From NCBI GenBank assembly GCA_013202745.1, contig JABMRJ010000030.1, forward strand, positions 1 to 57,474: DNA of 57,474 nucleotides, read 5' to 3'. The notes beneath the pieces are model-generated. The model was given only the letters and a program-made list of their open reading frames with translations. It was not told the DNA's origin and searched no databases. Of this stretch, positions 44,941-54,232 are shown piece after piece. This stretch comes from Candidatus Omnitrophota bacterium. GTDB taxonomy: Bacteria > Omnitrophota > Gorgyraeia > JABMRJ01. The translations under genes were made by a program, and so were the position numbers. The stretch's first letter is position 1, and each line of letters starts with the position of its first letter.

Positions 44941-46610
44941 TTATCTTTTCTCCAATCTTTCTCTCTTTTTGCCTTTTCAGGAAAAAGGTATGTTTCCATA
45001 AATTCGTTATTAGGATGCTGTGGGTTCTTTGACAAATAACTTAAAAGCTGCCCTTCATCAAAGATTACCCGGTTCTGACCATTAAATTCCATATTAACAA
45101 AATCACATCTCTTTTTTAAAAGCTCCATCGGTTCAGGAAAAGGCCTAATGGGGCTGCCTGCCATACAAAAAGCGATTACCAGCTTATTCGTACATAGTGT
45201 TATTGGAAAGGCTGTGGTCTTTACATGTGTAAAAATAAAGGCGTCGGCAAGCGACAGGTAATCTTCGAGATAACCCTTCAATACCTTAACTCTGCTTTTA
45301 AAAATACTCTCGACTTCCGGTAAATTTTCAGGATGCGCCTTATAAAATACCTCATAACCGGCATCTTTGAGAAGATCTATGATGCGCAGTTCAAGATCTA
45401 ACTGCATAAATCCTAAAGCGGACGGAGTCAGATGTTTTCTTAAATGTGTATAAAGATAACCCACCATCATTACCTTCTTAACCTCCTTCGGTAATTTTTT
45501 CTTGTTATACATCTTGTACCATTTATAGTATTCATTGCTGTCAGCGGATTTGATTACGGTATTAACGGGCCTAAGAGGTTTATGGCTCTTTTTAATCTTC
45601 TCAAAGAGTTCAATGCTCTTGGTAGTATATGTAATAAATTCATCCGAAAGCGCAAATTCTGAAAATGCCATTGTCGGAGTATCAAATAGACCTATGTGGC
45701 CGCCATGGCTAAAACTTGTAATCCTCCCTCCTTGTCGGCGAACTGCTATAGAGAGCGCTCTAATAAACGGACTATTTAAATTAGCTGTCAATAAATGAAT
45801 TTTTTTTCTTCTCATTTTGATTTCATCTTTTAATGCTCCGAGTATTCTGGCAGAAAATATTAATTCGTTTTGCATCATTTGTCTTAGATGATCAATATGC
45901 ACATTAAAGATCTCAATCTCATTTTTGACGGCTATCGATCTCAATTCATCGGCAAAGGCCCTCGATATCTCTTTTATGGCATTCTCTTTCTTATTGGGTA
46001 TCATATAAGTGAATCTTTTCGGCAACCAATCGGACGGTGATGTAAAATAGGTATAATATGGCGCCTTTTTAATATATTCACCCGTAAGAGAGCTTACTGA
46101 ACCGCAGAATAATGCGTTCTCTTCATTATCTTTTGGTTTAAAGCATTTAAGAGGATTTGAGTTATATATTACATTCTTGGCAATCTTTTTTATAGTGATC
46201 TCTGTATTCTTGCAAAAGGTGTAATTACAAAGATCACACATAGGCCTACCTATGTTCGGTATGGGATTTTCCGCGGGATAATGGTCTGTTGTGAGCTTCT
46301 TATACCAGGGCGTATGATCTGTATATAAAATACGCATTCCCAGCCTACCTATCTTCTGTATTACCTTCAAGGCATGTAAAAAATGGAGGTATTCAGTAAC
46401 CAGGTACCGCTGAATAAGAAATATATCGCCTATCTCTTCCGGCTGGGTGGTTATATATCTCCTTAAAGAGGCGCTGATATCCTCATATAACGCAAAGAAT
46501 TCGCTGTCGGATACAGGCCAAAAGAAATCATTTCGCCATTTCTCTATTCCGTATTCTTTAATCTTTATTATATCAACCGGGAAATATCTATCTTTGCAGC
46601 CCTGTGCCAT
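44937..46610 (-). CDS. Hypothetical protein; C-terminal GT-B-like half with KxHP-type motif (candidate CMP-NulO transferase)
   Basis: 557 aa, soluble. ..KIHLLTANLNSPFIRALSIAVRRQGGRITSF.. and ..GYEVFYKAHPENLPEV..ADAFIFTHVKTTAFPITLCTNKLVIAF... Distant by-eye similarity to the 29761-31314 product. Confidence 0.35.
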   Translation of the reverse strand: MAQGCKDRYFPVDIIKIKEYGIEKWRNDFFWPVSDSEFFALYEDISASLRRYITTQPEEIGDIFLIQRYLVTEYLHFLHALKVIQKIGRLGMRILYTDHTPWYKKLTTDHYPAENPIPNIGRPMCDLCNYTFCKNTEITIKKIAKNVIYNSNPLKCFKPKDNEENALFCGSVSSLTGEYIKKAPYYTYFTSPSDWLPKRFTYMIPNKKENAIKEISRAFADELRSIAVKNEIEIFNVHIDHLRQMMQNELIFSARILGALKDEIKMRRKKIHLLTANLNSPFIRALSIAVRRQGGRITSFSHGGHIGLFDTPTMAFSEFALSDEFITYTTKSIELFEKIKKSHKPLRPVNTVIKSADSNEYYKWYKMYNKKKLPKEVKKVMMVGYLYTHLRKHLTPSALGFMQLDLELRIIDLLKDAGYEVFYKAHPENLPEVESIFKSRVKVLKGYLEDYLSLADAFIFTHVKTTAFPITLCTNKLVIAFCMAGSPIRPFPEPMELLKKRCDFVNMEFNGQNRVIFDEGQLLSYLSKNPQHPNNEFMETYLFPEKAKREKDWRKDK

Positions 46611-47184
46611 AAATCCTTATCCTTTTCCTCTGCTTAAGAAACTCTTGTTGAGAAATGCCCATATATATTTTATCCATATACCTGCCTTCAAAATTATAAA
46701 GATCCTTTATTCTCCCTTCAACCTTAAACCCGACCTTTTTGTACAGCTTTATCGCCGCTACATGCTTTTGGCAAACACCGAGAAAAACCTTATTCAAATT
46801 CAATTTCGTAAATGAATATTCCAGAAGAAGGCGGCAGGCCTCCTGTCCGTAGCCCATGCACCAGCATCTTTTCTCACCTATCATGATTCCAAGGTCACCA
46901 TATCGATGTGTCCAATTTATCTTACCCAACTTAACATTACCTATATGAATATTTTCCTTTTTCGTAACTATAGCAAACATAATATTATCTTTAGATTTTT
47001 GCATATTCTGAAAATATTTTTGTAAACTAGTATATGTGGTTGGAGAACCCTTGTTTATCATGTATTTAACAACGCTGTTGTCATTGAGCCATGACAGGTA
47101 CCTTCTGTTTATATCCTTTTTTACAATAGGCCTAAGATATATCTTATCACCTGCAAGAAGAGGTCCTTTATGCCTTTTTCTCAT
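46588..47184 (-). CDS. GNAT N-acetyltransferase, RimJ/RimL/PseH-like
   Basis: ..IYLRPIVKKDINRRYLSWLNDNSVVKYM.. and ..RCWCMGYGQEACRLLLEYSF.. Confidence 0.75.
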   Translation of the reverse strand: MRKRHKGPLLAGDKIYLRPIVKKDINRRYLSWLNDNSVVKYMINKGSPTTYTSLQKYFQNMQKSKDNIMFAIVTKKENIHIGNVKLGKINWTHRYGDLGIMIGEKRCWCMGYGQEACRLLLEYSFTKLNLNKVFLGVCQKHVAAIKLYKKVGFKVEGRIKDLYNFEGRYMDKIYMGISQQEFLKQRKRIRIYGTGLQR

Positions 47185-47187
47185 AAA

Positions 47188-47865
47188 CTATTTTCCACTA
47201 CACTTTTCTTTACGAATCTTCAGGGTGTACTTATATCCCTTGTGCCTAAAGAAAGCCGGGAACCTCTTATTATTCACAATTCTTAATAAGTTAAATTGCT
47301 CTTTTAGCGTCTTATCCATATCCAATGCACTATCAACCGGCTTCCTCCTTTTGTAAAAAGTAGACTTACCCTTCTGTTTTTCTGGTCTCAATCTTTTATA
47401 TTCAGTTAAAAATCTTAAACAGAGGTCTAGCGTTTTTCTCGCCTGCTTTTCTCTTATCTCACTATTCAGTTCGTGGCCTTTCATTTTTATATAATCTTTT
47501 AAGTACAAATCTCCATCGTCAATTTTTTCATTTGCATCGAATAAAACTATCGGCACTACATTCTTGCCTTCCAGTACCTGCCAGAATAATGGTGCCCACC
47601 CTTTACCTTTCGGGAGATCACTCTCGTGTACCACTAAATTATGTTTATGCTTCCGCAAATATCCTGCTCCTATCAGGCGCGTATAATTTAATATAAATAC
47701 TATTTTGTAGTTCTCATCGATCTTTCTGTGATCATAGAATAGCCCGGGCCTTAATCTCTTATTCTTAAGTGTTGCAACGAATTGCCTTGCATAAGGGAGA
47801 AACCAGCTCCCTTTTGAGGTCAATACGGCTACACTCTTAGAATTCATCTTATCACCCTGACGCAT
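47188..47865 (-). CDS. Formyltransferase-fold protein, divergent (catalytic Asn position replaced)
   Basis: ..HNLVVHESDLPKGKGWAPLFWQVLEG..VLFDANEKIDDGDLY... His and Asp are kept. The residue two before His is Val, and RG is replaced by KG. Confidence 0.55.
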   Translation of the reverse strand: MRQGDKMNSKSVAVLTSKGSWFLPYARQFVATLKNKRLRPGLFYDHRKIDENYKIVFILNYTRLIGAGYLRKHKHNLVVHESDLPKGKGWAPLFWQVLEGKNVVPIVLFDANEKIDDGDLYLKDYIKMKGHELNSEIREKQARKTLDLCLRFLTEYKRLRPEKQKGKSTFYKRRKPVDSALDMDKTLKEQFNLLRIVNNKRFPAFFRHKGYKYTLKIRKEKCSGK

Positions 47866-48542
47866 TCAAATGCTTCCGCGTGGCTCAGGCCGACTACGCT
47901 GCCCCGTAGTTTTGCAAGATTTCTGACAGATTTATCCGATCGAGGATGCGGGAAGTTCCTATATTCTGTCTTATAAATCTTGAGGGCCTTGATCTTTCTG
48001 TCTATAGTCTCAGATATATCGATAAAGACATTGGGATTAAAGCGATTGGGGTAATTCCACTCTGTTGCAGAGGGGGTTTCAAAAGAGTAGATCTCCTTGG
48101 TCTCTTCCCCTCTCATCGGCCTGCAGGCTGTCAAGACGGCCTTAAAGACTATCCTATGGTCTACATTCAGATCATTCCAGTGGTGAGTATAGATTATGCT
48201 GGGATTTATCTTATCCTTAACCTTCTCAATAACCTTTATAATATCCAACAAGGGGGTTTTATCAAATCTATTATCCGGGAACTGATATATAAAAAGCTTT
48301 TTTACGCCAATAGCGTCATTGGCCTTATGGGCTTCGTTCTGCAATCTCTTTATATCATCCATCCGGGCCTTCTTTCTACGTTTCGTATCTCTTGAGGTTA
48401 TCCCCTCTCCCAAGATAAGGGTGGCCGCGTTAAACCCTTCTTTAATTAAGCGCGCAAGTGTCCCACCGCAGCCCAGGATCTCATCATCAGGGTGTGCGGC
48501 AACGACTAAGATATCCCTTCTCTTCTCCCGCTTTATCATCAC
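47844..48542 (-). CDS. PIG-L/LmbE-family N-deacetylase
   Basis: ..ILVVAAHPDDEILGCGGTLARL.. and ..DLNVDHRIV.. Confidence 0.85.
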   Translation of the reverse strand: MMIKREKRRDILVVAAHPDDEILGCGGTLARLIKEGFNAATLILGEGITSRDTKRRKKARMDDIKRLQNEAHKANDAIGVKKLFIYQFPDNRFDKTPLLDIIKVIEKVKDKINPSIIYTHHWNDLNVDHRIVFKAVLTACRPMRGEETKEIYSFETPSATEWNYPNRFNPNVFIDISETIDRKIKALKIYKTEYRNFPHPRSDKSVRNLAKLRGSVVGLSHAEAFECVRVIR

Positions 48543-49936
48543 TTATTCTCCTCTGATCTGCTTATGCAAGTCATATTATCAAAAACCGGTTTATAGCTAC
48601 CCTCCAACTCCCTTTCGAAAAGATGCTTATAAACTCCAAATTCTTCGTTATATGTCTTAATATATTCGCTAAGAATATTCGACGGTATCCAGGTTATATC
48701 GTCTCTCTCTTCAAATCTTGAAGATATGCTCCTGCCGGTCCAGCCTTCGAGGCTATTTGGAGAAGTATATCCGTTTGCGCAGGCCTCTTTGTACATAGGT
48801 GTACTAGGTAGCGGTAGATAGATGCAATTTTGAATAACGCTGCCAGGATTAATCTTTTTCAATCTTCTTATATGATTAATCGTATCTTTAAGATCATTTA
48901 TGGTCTCTGAAGGCGTTGCAAACATAAACGAGGCATAAAATTCTATACCAAATTCATGGCAAATCTGGGCACACCTCTCTGCCTGTTCCGGTTTTGTATG
49001 CTTTCGCATTCTTTCCAATACGTGTTCTGAGCCGGATTCGACCCCGAAGAAAAGGGATGCAAGACCTGATTCTTTTAGTAAGATCATCTCTTCTTTTGAA
49101 TAATCTAATAGAGAACTCACCCTGGCCTTGGCCTTCCATTTTATGTTCAATCCTGACGTAATAAAAAAACGGGCGATATCCATTACCCTTTCTTTTTTGA
49201 TAAAATATGTTCCGTCTTGAATAAATATATTCTTAAACCCCAGCTTATTGACTATAAAGAGTATCTCATTTTTAACCTGCTCAAACTTCTTCTCGGAATA
49301 ATTATTATCCGGGGCCGTACAAAAGGTGCATCGGAACGGACACCCTCGAGCAGTAAAGACCGAGGCTACATTATTTGGGGATCTGTATTTTTCAATATTA
49401 ATCAAATGGAATCCTGGAAAGAGATCATAATCGAAAGGCCTGGGGTCAGCCTTGGTGTTTTGGTAAATCGTTTGGTTTCTTTTATACGCAATACCGGAGA
49501 TATCTGTATAATCTTTATTGCTATAGATCCTGCCTGCTATTTCAGGCATTACATATTCACCCTGCCCCAAAGCCACTATATCTACACAAGCCGATTGCAA
49601 GGTCTCTGCCGGCAGGGCCGTAGCATGTGGCCCTCCCCATATTGCAAGTACTTCCGGATTCATACCCTTGCATATCCTGATAGCTTCCAGGGCATCCCTT
49701 ATATCAGAGCCGGTCATAGCAGTAATCCCCAGGCACAGAGCATCTTTAGCGGCCTTGGCCAACTTATTTTTCCAGTCAGGTTCTACCCTTGCATCAATAA
49801 TAATAGCCTTGAAGCCGGCCTTTTCTAAAAAAGGCCCTATATATAGATATGGGAAAGGAAACCAATGATACTTACCCATCCCTTCATAGGAAGGATAAAA
49901 CAAAACTACTTTGCCTTTATTCAAGTCTCTTCTCAT
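48539..49936 (-). CDS. B12-binding-domain radical SAM enzyme (class B-like)
   Basis: N-terminal ..KVVLFYPSY..YLYIGPFLEKAGFKAIIIDARVE.. (B12-binding-type domain), then ..ARGCPFRCTFCTAP.. Confidence 0.8.
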   Translation of the reverse strand: MRRDLNKGKVVLFYPSYEGMGKYHWFPFPYLYIGPFLEKAGFKAIIIDARVEPDWKNKLAKAAKDALCLGITAMTGSDIRDALEAIRICKGMNPEVLAIWGGPHATALPAETLQSACVDIVALGQGEYVMPEIAGRIYSNKDYTDISGIAYKRNQTIYQNTKADPRPFDYDLFPGFHLINIEKYRSPNNVASVFTARGCPFRCTFCTAPDNNYSEKKFEQVKNEILFIVNKLGFKNIFIQDGTYFIKKERVMDIARFFITSGLNIKWKAKARVSSLLDYSKEEMILLKESGLASLFFGVESGSEHVLERMRKHTKPEQAERCAQICHEFGIEFYASFMFATPSETINDLKDTINHIRRLKKINPGSVIQNCIYLPLPSTPMYKEACANGYTSPNSLEGWTGRSISSRFEERDDITWIPSNILSEYIKTYNEEFGVYKHLFERELEGSYKPVFDNMTCISRSEENK

Positions 49937-49938
49937 AT

Positions 49939-51156
49939 TTATACCTTCGACAAAAGCTGGATTGTCGCGTCCTTAAATACAGCCATCTTGGGCCTGGAAA
50001 ATTCACCGGCTATAATCTTTAATATATGCTTCCATGATTTCTCCCAGATTAACGATTCCGGATTATCAAATGTATCAAATGTGCTATGCCCCTTGTAAGG
50101 TGAAAAGATAATATATTTCACCTTGGGCTTTAAAAAAGTCCTTATTTTAAAACATCTTCCGCTTATAAATTTGCCGTAACTGCGGAGCAGGTAATGATTG
50201 ATCTGGCCGTGCGGATTATGCGTTATCAGAATGAGAATCCCTCTTTTAGGATTCAGCAATTTAATAACATTATGTATTGCGAGATCCGCTTCATTTGATT
50301 TGGCATAGGCATTAGCGATTATTACGTCATAATCCTTCCCGTGAGGTGTAAGATATGCCTTTTTGGCCAAGCGAACCGCTTCCTTGAATTCCGATATGGG
50401 GTCACCGGCAAAACAGGCTACCTCATCCCCGTTTGTGTTCATGATAAAATCTATCTTCAATTGAAAATTCGCCATCCTCACCGCCTCTTCAATAGACCCG
50501 GCTCTAATATTCTTCTTTTGCTTGCCGAGACCGGAGATCCCTTTTCTGAGAGAATGGAATTTATCTATCGTCTTAATATGACTAATACCGGGGACTACTA
50601 TTTTACCTCCTCCGCTAAAGCCGCAGTATACATGCGGCAGTACGGAACCGATTCCTATCTTTAAGTCACATGATACAAACTCCTTATTTAAATATATGGG
50701 AACTCCGCTTGAGCTCATTCCTATATATGCGCAATTCTCAAAACAGTTATGATTATACACAGGATAGTTAGCAACTATGTCACTTCCGAGCTTCTTTTTA
50801 AATTCGTCTAATCTGTGAGCCCCGTGAGAGCCTGTGGAAATTATAAATCTTATATTATTCTTTTTTATCCCCCCGGATTTCAACTTCTCAAGTATATAGG
50901 GGATTATTTTATACGGTTTTGTAGGCCTTGTCATATCATCGAAGAGTATCACCGCTTCTCTTTTTCCCTTGGCAAGGAATTCCAACTTTTCGCAACCTAT
51001 AGGGTTGTCTATGGCCTTTTTCATTTCCCTTAAAGAGATCTTCTTCCAGTTATCAGCTGCCATATCGCAGATATCGACCTTCCATTTATCCGGAAAGGTC
51101 AAGACAACCTCTCTTTTTTTAGACCAGAATCCCTGTAAAATAGTTACTCTCTTCAT
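49939..51156 (-). CDS. LarA-like protein (nickel-pincer-nucleotide-dependent racemase/epimerase family, DUF2088)
   Basis: ..AVILFDDMTRPT.., ..FIISTGSHGAHR.., ..LPHVYCGFSGGGKIVVPGISHIKTIDKFH.. match the conserved LarA blocks (substrate/cofactor Arg, catalytic His residues, cofactor-tethering Lys, Ni-binding His). Confidence 0.7.
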   Translation of the reverse strand: MKRVTILQGFWSKKREVVLTFPDKWKVDICDMAADNWKKISLREMKKAIDNPIGCEKLEFLAKGKREAVILFDDMTRPTKPYKIIPYILEKLKSGGIKKNNIRFIISTGSHGAHRLDEFKKKLGSDIVANYPVYNHNCFENCAYIGMSSSGVPIYLNKEFVSCDLKIGIGSVLPHVYCGFSGGGKIVVPGISHIKTIDKFHSLRKGISGLGKQKKNIRAGSIEEAVRMANFQLKIDFIMNTNGDEVACFAGDPISEFKEAVRLAKKAYLTPHGKDYDVIIANAYAKSNEADLAIHNVIKLLNPKRGILILITHNPHGQINHYLLRSYGKFISGRCFKIRTFLKPKVKYIIFSPYKGHSTFDTFDNPESLIWEKSWKHILKIIAGEFSRPKMAVFKDATIQLLSKV

Positions 51157-51160
51157 ATAT

Positions 51161-52192
51161 TTACACGCAATCCGAATATATTGGAAAATTTTTCTTTATA
51201 TTCTTTTTTGATTTTTTTCCTATAACCTTTTCAAAATAGGCCGTACTTAACCCGGGTTTTACCAAAGGCCTCTTCATTCCGACTATATCTCTACCTATTA
51301 TCTGGCCTTTCTTAATATCCGTTTCGGCAATAAGGCATCTTCTATATTTATCTCTTACGCCAAATTCTTTCGGTGAGGGTGATTTTTTAAGATCCCCCAG
51401 TGTTTTTTCAATATATCTTATATTGTCGACCAGGCGTTTTAACTCTACGGCGCTATAGGAAAAACTCTGTTCCGGACCGCCGATATTTCTATCAATAGTA
51501 AAATGTTTCTCGACTACCCTGGCTCCCAGGCAAATAGCAGCTACTGATGGAAGATCGCTCCTTGTATGGTCTGAATATCCTATGGGATAAGAAAATGATT
51601 CTCTCAATACCTTGATAGCGTTTAAATTTAACTGATCCGGCCCTGCAGGATAGAGAGAAGTGCAATGAAAAATTATAAGATCCTTTACGCCTCTTCTTTC
51701 GAATTCCGACACTACCATCTTAACCTCGGAAAGATATGACATTCCCGTAGAGATCATTACCGGTATCTTCAACTTTGCCATCCTACGCACCAGAGCGATA
51801 TTTGTCATGCTGCCTGATGAAATCTTTATTACAGGCAATTTTACAGCTTTAAAGATATCTACGCTCAGTACATCAGCCGGTGCGCTAAAAAAAATAATAT
51901 TATTTTGCAAAGCGGCTTTTTTTAATCTCTTCCAATCGTTGAGAGTGAACTTCATGTGTTTATATATATTATAGGGCAAAGTATCCTTTATATAACTGGC
52001 ATCTGCATCTATAGTCTGAAACTTTACCGCATCAGCGCCGCAGCGTTTTGCCGCTTCTATCATTTTTATAGCAACTTCAATATTTCCATTGTGATTCGTG
52101 CCGGTCTCTGCAACTATAAACACCGGTGATCTGTCACCAATGGTACGCTTGCCTATCTTTACAATCTTTCTTGTTCGATTAGAGATTGCCAT
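51161..52192 (-). CDS. NulO synthase, NeuB/PseI-like, with SAF domain
   Basis: ..VFIVAETGTNHNGNIEVAIKMIEAAKRCGADAVKFQT.. and a C-terminal ..RCLIAETDIKKGQIIGRDIVGMKRP.. Confidence 0.85.
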   Translation of the reverse strand: MAISNRTRKIVKIGKRTIGDRSPVFIVAETGTNHNGNIEVAIKMIEAAKRCGADAVKFQTIDADASYIKDTLPYNIYKHMKFTLNDWKRLKKAALQNNIIFFSAPADVLSVDIFKAVKLPVIKISSGSMTNIALVRRMAKLKIPVMISTGMSYLSEVKMVVSEFERRGVKDLIIFHCTSLYPAGPDQLNLNAIKVLRESFSYPIGYSDHTRSDLPSVAAICLGARVVEKHFTIDRNIGGPEQSFSYSAVELKRLVDNIRYIEKTLGDLKKSPSPKEFGVRDKYRRCLIAETDIKKGQIIGRDIVGMKRPLVKPGLSTAYFEKVIGKKSKKNIKKNFPIYSDCV

Positions 52193-53258
52193 TGCCGAAT
52201 CCCCCTATAAAAAGATGCTGCCAATATCTATAGAATCTTACGGGTTTTCTCTGAAATTTGAAATGTCTCCTTCTGAAAGCACCGTTTAAGGCATAAGAAA
52301 TCATCTCTTGAAAATAATTGATCCCAAGCCCTTCCACTATGGGGAGCGTTGCATCAATCCTCGGATTTACTTCTATAAGGCACGGCTTACCGTATTTATT
52401 GCGCCCTACTTCTACCTGAACAAAATAATCAAAATTTAAAAGCGCTGCAATATTCTCGGCATAATCGATTATATCTTTATCAAATACGATATCTGCTAAT
52501 TGAGTCGGGCTATTAATGGGAAATATCTTTTTCCTGCAAACAGATGCAACTGCCCTGCCGTGCTCCACTAATATATCCACTGAATAACGGGGCCCTGGAA
52601 AATACTCCATTACGAAAAATCGGCTTAACTCTTTCGAGTGTCTTCTAAAGATATTAAGAATCTCGTTTAGGGAAGTAAAATAAAACTCATTTTTAAAGAA
52701 TTTTTCATAAAGGCTGCAATCATGCGTTATTATCCTCATGCCCCTGGAACCCCGCGCAGTTCTGGGTTTAATTATAACTTTTTCTTTAGGGTATTTCAGT
52801 CTTCTACAGTATTTTTTGATATCACTTATTTTTATTAATTCATAAAATTTGCCTGTGTAAATCTTATTTTTTCTAAGCTGCTCCATTAGCTTAAGTTTAT
52901 CCAGGCTCATTTCGATAGATTTAGCATCTGAACAGGCGATCTTAGTGCCTGATGAGAGAAATCTTTCTTTATGTCGCGACAATATCATAGCCTCTTCATC
53001 AGACCCTGGAAAGATAACTGCTACCTTTTGAGTCCTGCAAATATCTAGCATTGCCGATATATATCCCTTTTTATCCGGATAGGGTACACTGAAGAAGTGA
53101 TCGCAAAAATGCCTCCCCGGTAAATTTTCTTTTATGCCGGCATCAACACCTATTACAATGGTCTTATGCTTTTTATTCTCTCTGATCATTTTTATCAGGC
53201 CGGGAGCAACCTGACTTCCCGCCGAGGTCAGCATTATACTTACTGTTTTAATAGCCAT
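52179..53258 (-). CDS. ATP-grasp family ligase
   Basis: ..KVIIKPRTARGSRGM.., ..VMEYFPGPRYSVDIL.., ..CLIEVNPRIDATLP.. Confidence 0.75.
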   Translation of the reverse strand: MAIKTVSIMLTSAGSQVAPGLIKMIRENKKHKTIVIGVDAGIKENLPGRHFCDHFFSVPYPDKKGYISAMLDICRTQKVAVIFPGSDEEAMILSRHKERFLSSGTKIACSDAKSIEMSLDKLKLMEQLRKNKIYTGKFYELIKISDIKKYCRRLKYPKEKVIIKPRTARGSRGMRIITHDCSLYEKFFKNEFYFTSLNEILNIFRRHSKELSRFFVMEYFPGPRYSVDILVEHGRAVASVCRKKIFPINSPTQLADIVFDKDIIDYAENIAALLNFDYFVQVEVGRNKYGKPCLIEVNPRIDATLPIVEGLGINYFQEMISYALNGAFRRRHFKFQRKPVRFYRYWQHLFIGGFGNGNL

Positions 53259-54226
53259 TTTGCGACTCGCCCTGCTCCTTTGCCATCAATTAAACTTTTA
53301 CCGATTTCGTTTCGCTTAAGCCTTTCGGAATAATCCCTCATGATAGAAATTTTTTCCAGCAACTTTTCCATGAGATTCTTATCATCGTATCTGCCCGCGC
53401 ATTCGGCAAATCCTTTTCTGTGCCACCCTGCCGTATTAAGGAGTTGATTATCAGCCGCTGTTATACTTACAGTGGGAATCCCTATCCTTGCAAGCTCATA
53501 TAGGGTCTGGCCGCCTGCTGATATGCTCATATCAGAAGCCAGCATGGCTGCCCTCATCTCATCTGCGCTCGGGTCATATACGAAACAATCGTCTCCTCTC
53601 TTCAATTTATCGATATCTGCGATATTATTAAAACCTTTGCCAATGATAACCTTTTTCGATATTCGTGGAAATCTCATATTTAGTAGTTCTAAAACCTTGG
53701 GCGTAGTCCTGTTTTTATCAACAGCGCCGAAGGTTATCATAATACTGCGTATATCATTATTTATCTCTTTCTCAGGGACAAGCCAGAATTCCTTCCTCAA
53801 TAAGGCATACTCAGGCCCTAAAAGATAGGTTATATTGTCCTTATCCGGATAATTCAATTCCTCGGTATATAAAGCGCTGTTTAGAACGGCTCCCCGGGGG
53901 TAGTCCAATCTTTTAAAATCGTCTATATAAAGAGGTGCCTCTACTGTATTAGATATCTCCTCATAGAGATCCAGATCCGACAAATAAGAATCTACTACAA
54001 CGGCATCTGCATCTTTAATGACGCTCGATAACCTTCTTCTATCCTTTGTCCAGTCAAACATATAAAAATCTCTGTCCTTTATCAAGGACTCGACCGTTTT
54101 ATCTCCGTTTACGACAAATTTAGTCTCTATCTTTTTCTCACCAAGGGCCTGGCATAAAGAGATACATCTCGCGATGTGCCCAAAACCTATATGCCTTCCG
54201 CCTTCTGTTATAATTATCGTCTTCAT
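53240..54226 (-). CDS. pseG: UDP-2,4-diacetamido-2,4,6-trideoxy-beta-L-altropyranose hydrolase (PseG-like)
   Basis: ..MKTIIITEGGRHIGFGHIARCISLCQAL.. and ..MSISAGGQTLYELARIGIPTVSI.. Confidence 0.8.
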   Translation of the reverse strand: MKTIIITEGGRHIGFGHIARCISLCQALGEKKIETKFVVNGDKTVESLIKDRDFYMFDWTKDRRRLSSVIKDADAVVVDSYLSDLDLYEEISNTVEAPLYIDDFKRLDYPRGAVLNSALYTEELNYPDKDNITYLLGPEYALLRKEFWLVPEKEINNDIRSIMITFGAVDKNRTTPKVLELLNMRFPRISKKVIIGKGFNNIADIDKLKRGDDCFVYDPSADEMRAAMLASDMSISAGGQTLYELARIGIPTVSITAADNQLLNTAGWHRKGFAECAGRYDDKNLMEKLLEKISIMRDYSERLKRNEIGKSLIDGKGAGRVAKWLLKQ

Positions 54227-54232
54227 ATAGAG

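Noticed and set aside
44937-46610. Flagellin glycosylation island with Maf (motility accessory factor) transferases, a common home of Pse/Leg genes.
   Set aside because: I see no flagellin, flagellar or Maf-like (DUF115-type) sequence in the window. The two proteins of about 557 aa do not show Maf-like motifs by eye. The presence of Wzy_C, GT-C and ABC-transporter genes points to a polymer or a general glycosylation system instead. The target of glycosylation remains open.
49217-49828. A 203-aa plus-strand ORF. Similar plus-strand ORFs of 100-150 aa occur at 21529-21990, 47946-48395, 19486-19896, 34038-34421 and 54246-54629.
   Set aside because: All lie antisense to minus-strand genes with strong family signatures (B12-radical SAM, PIG-L and others). 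None has a recognisable motif, and every credible gene in the window is on the minus strand.
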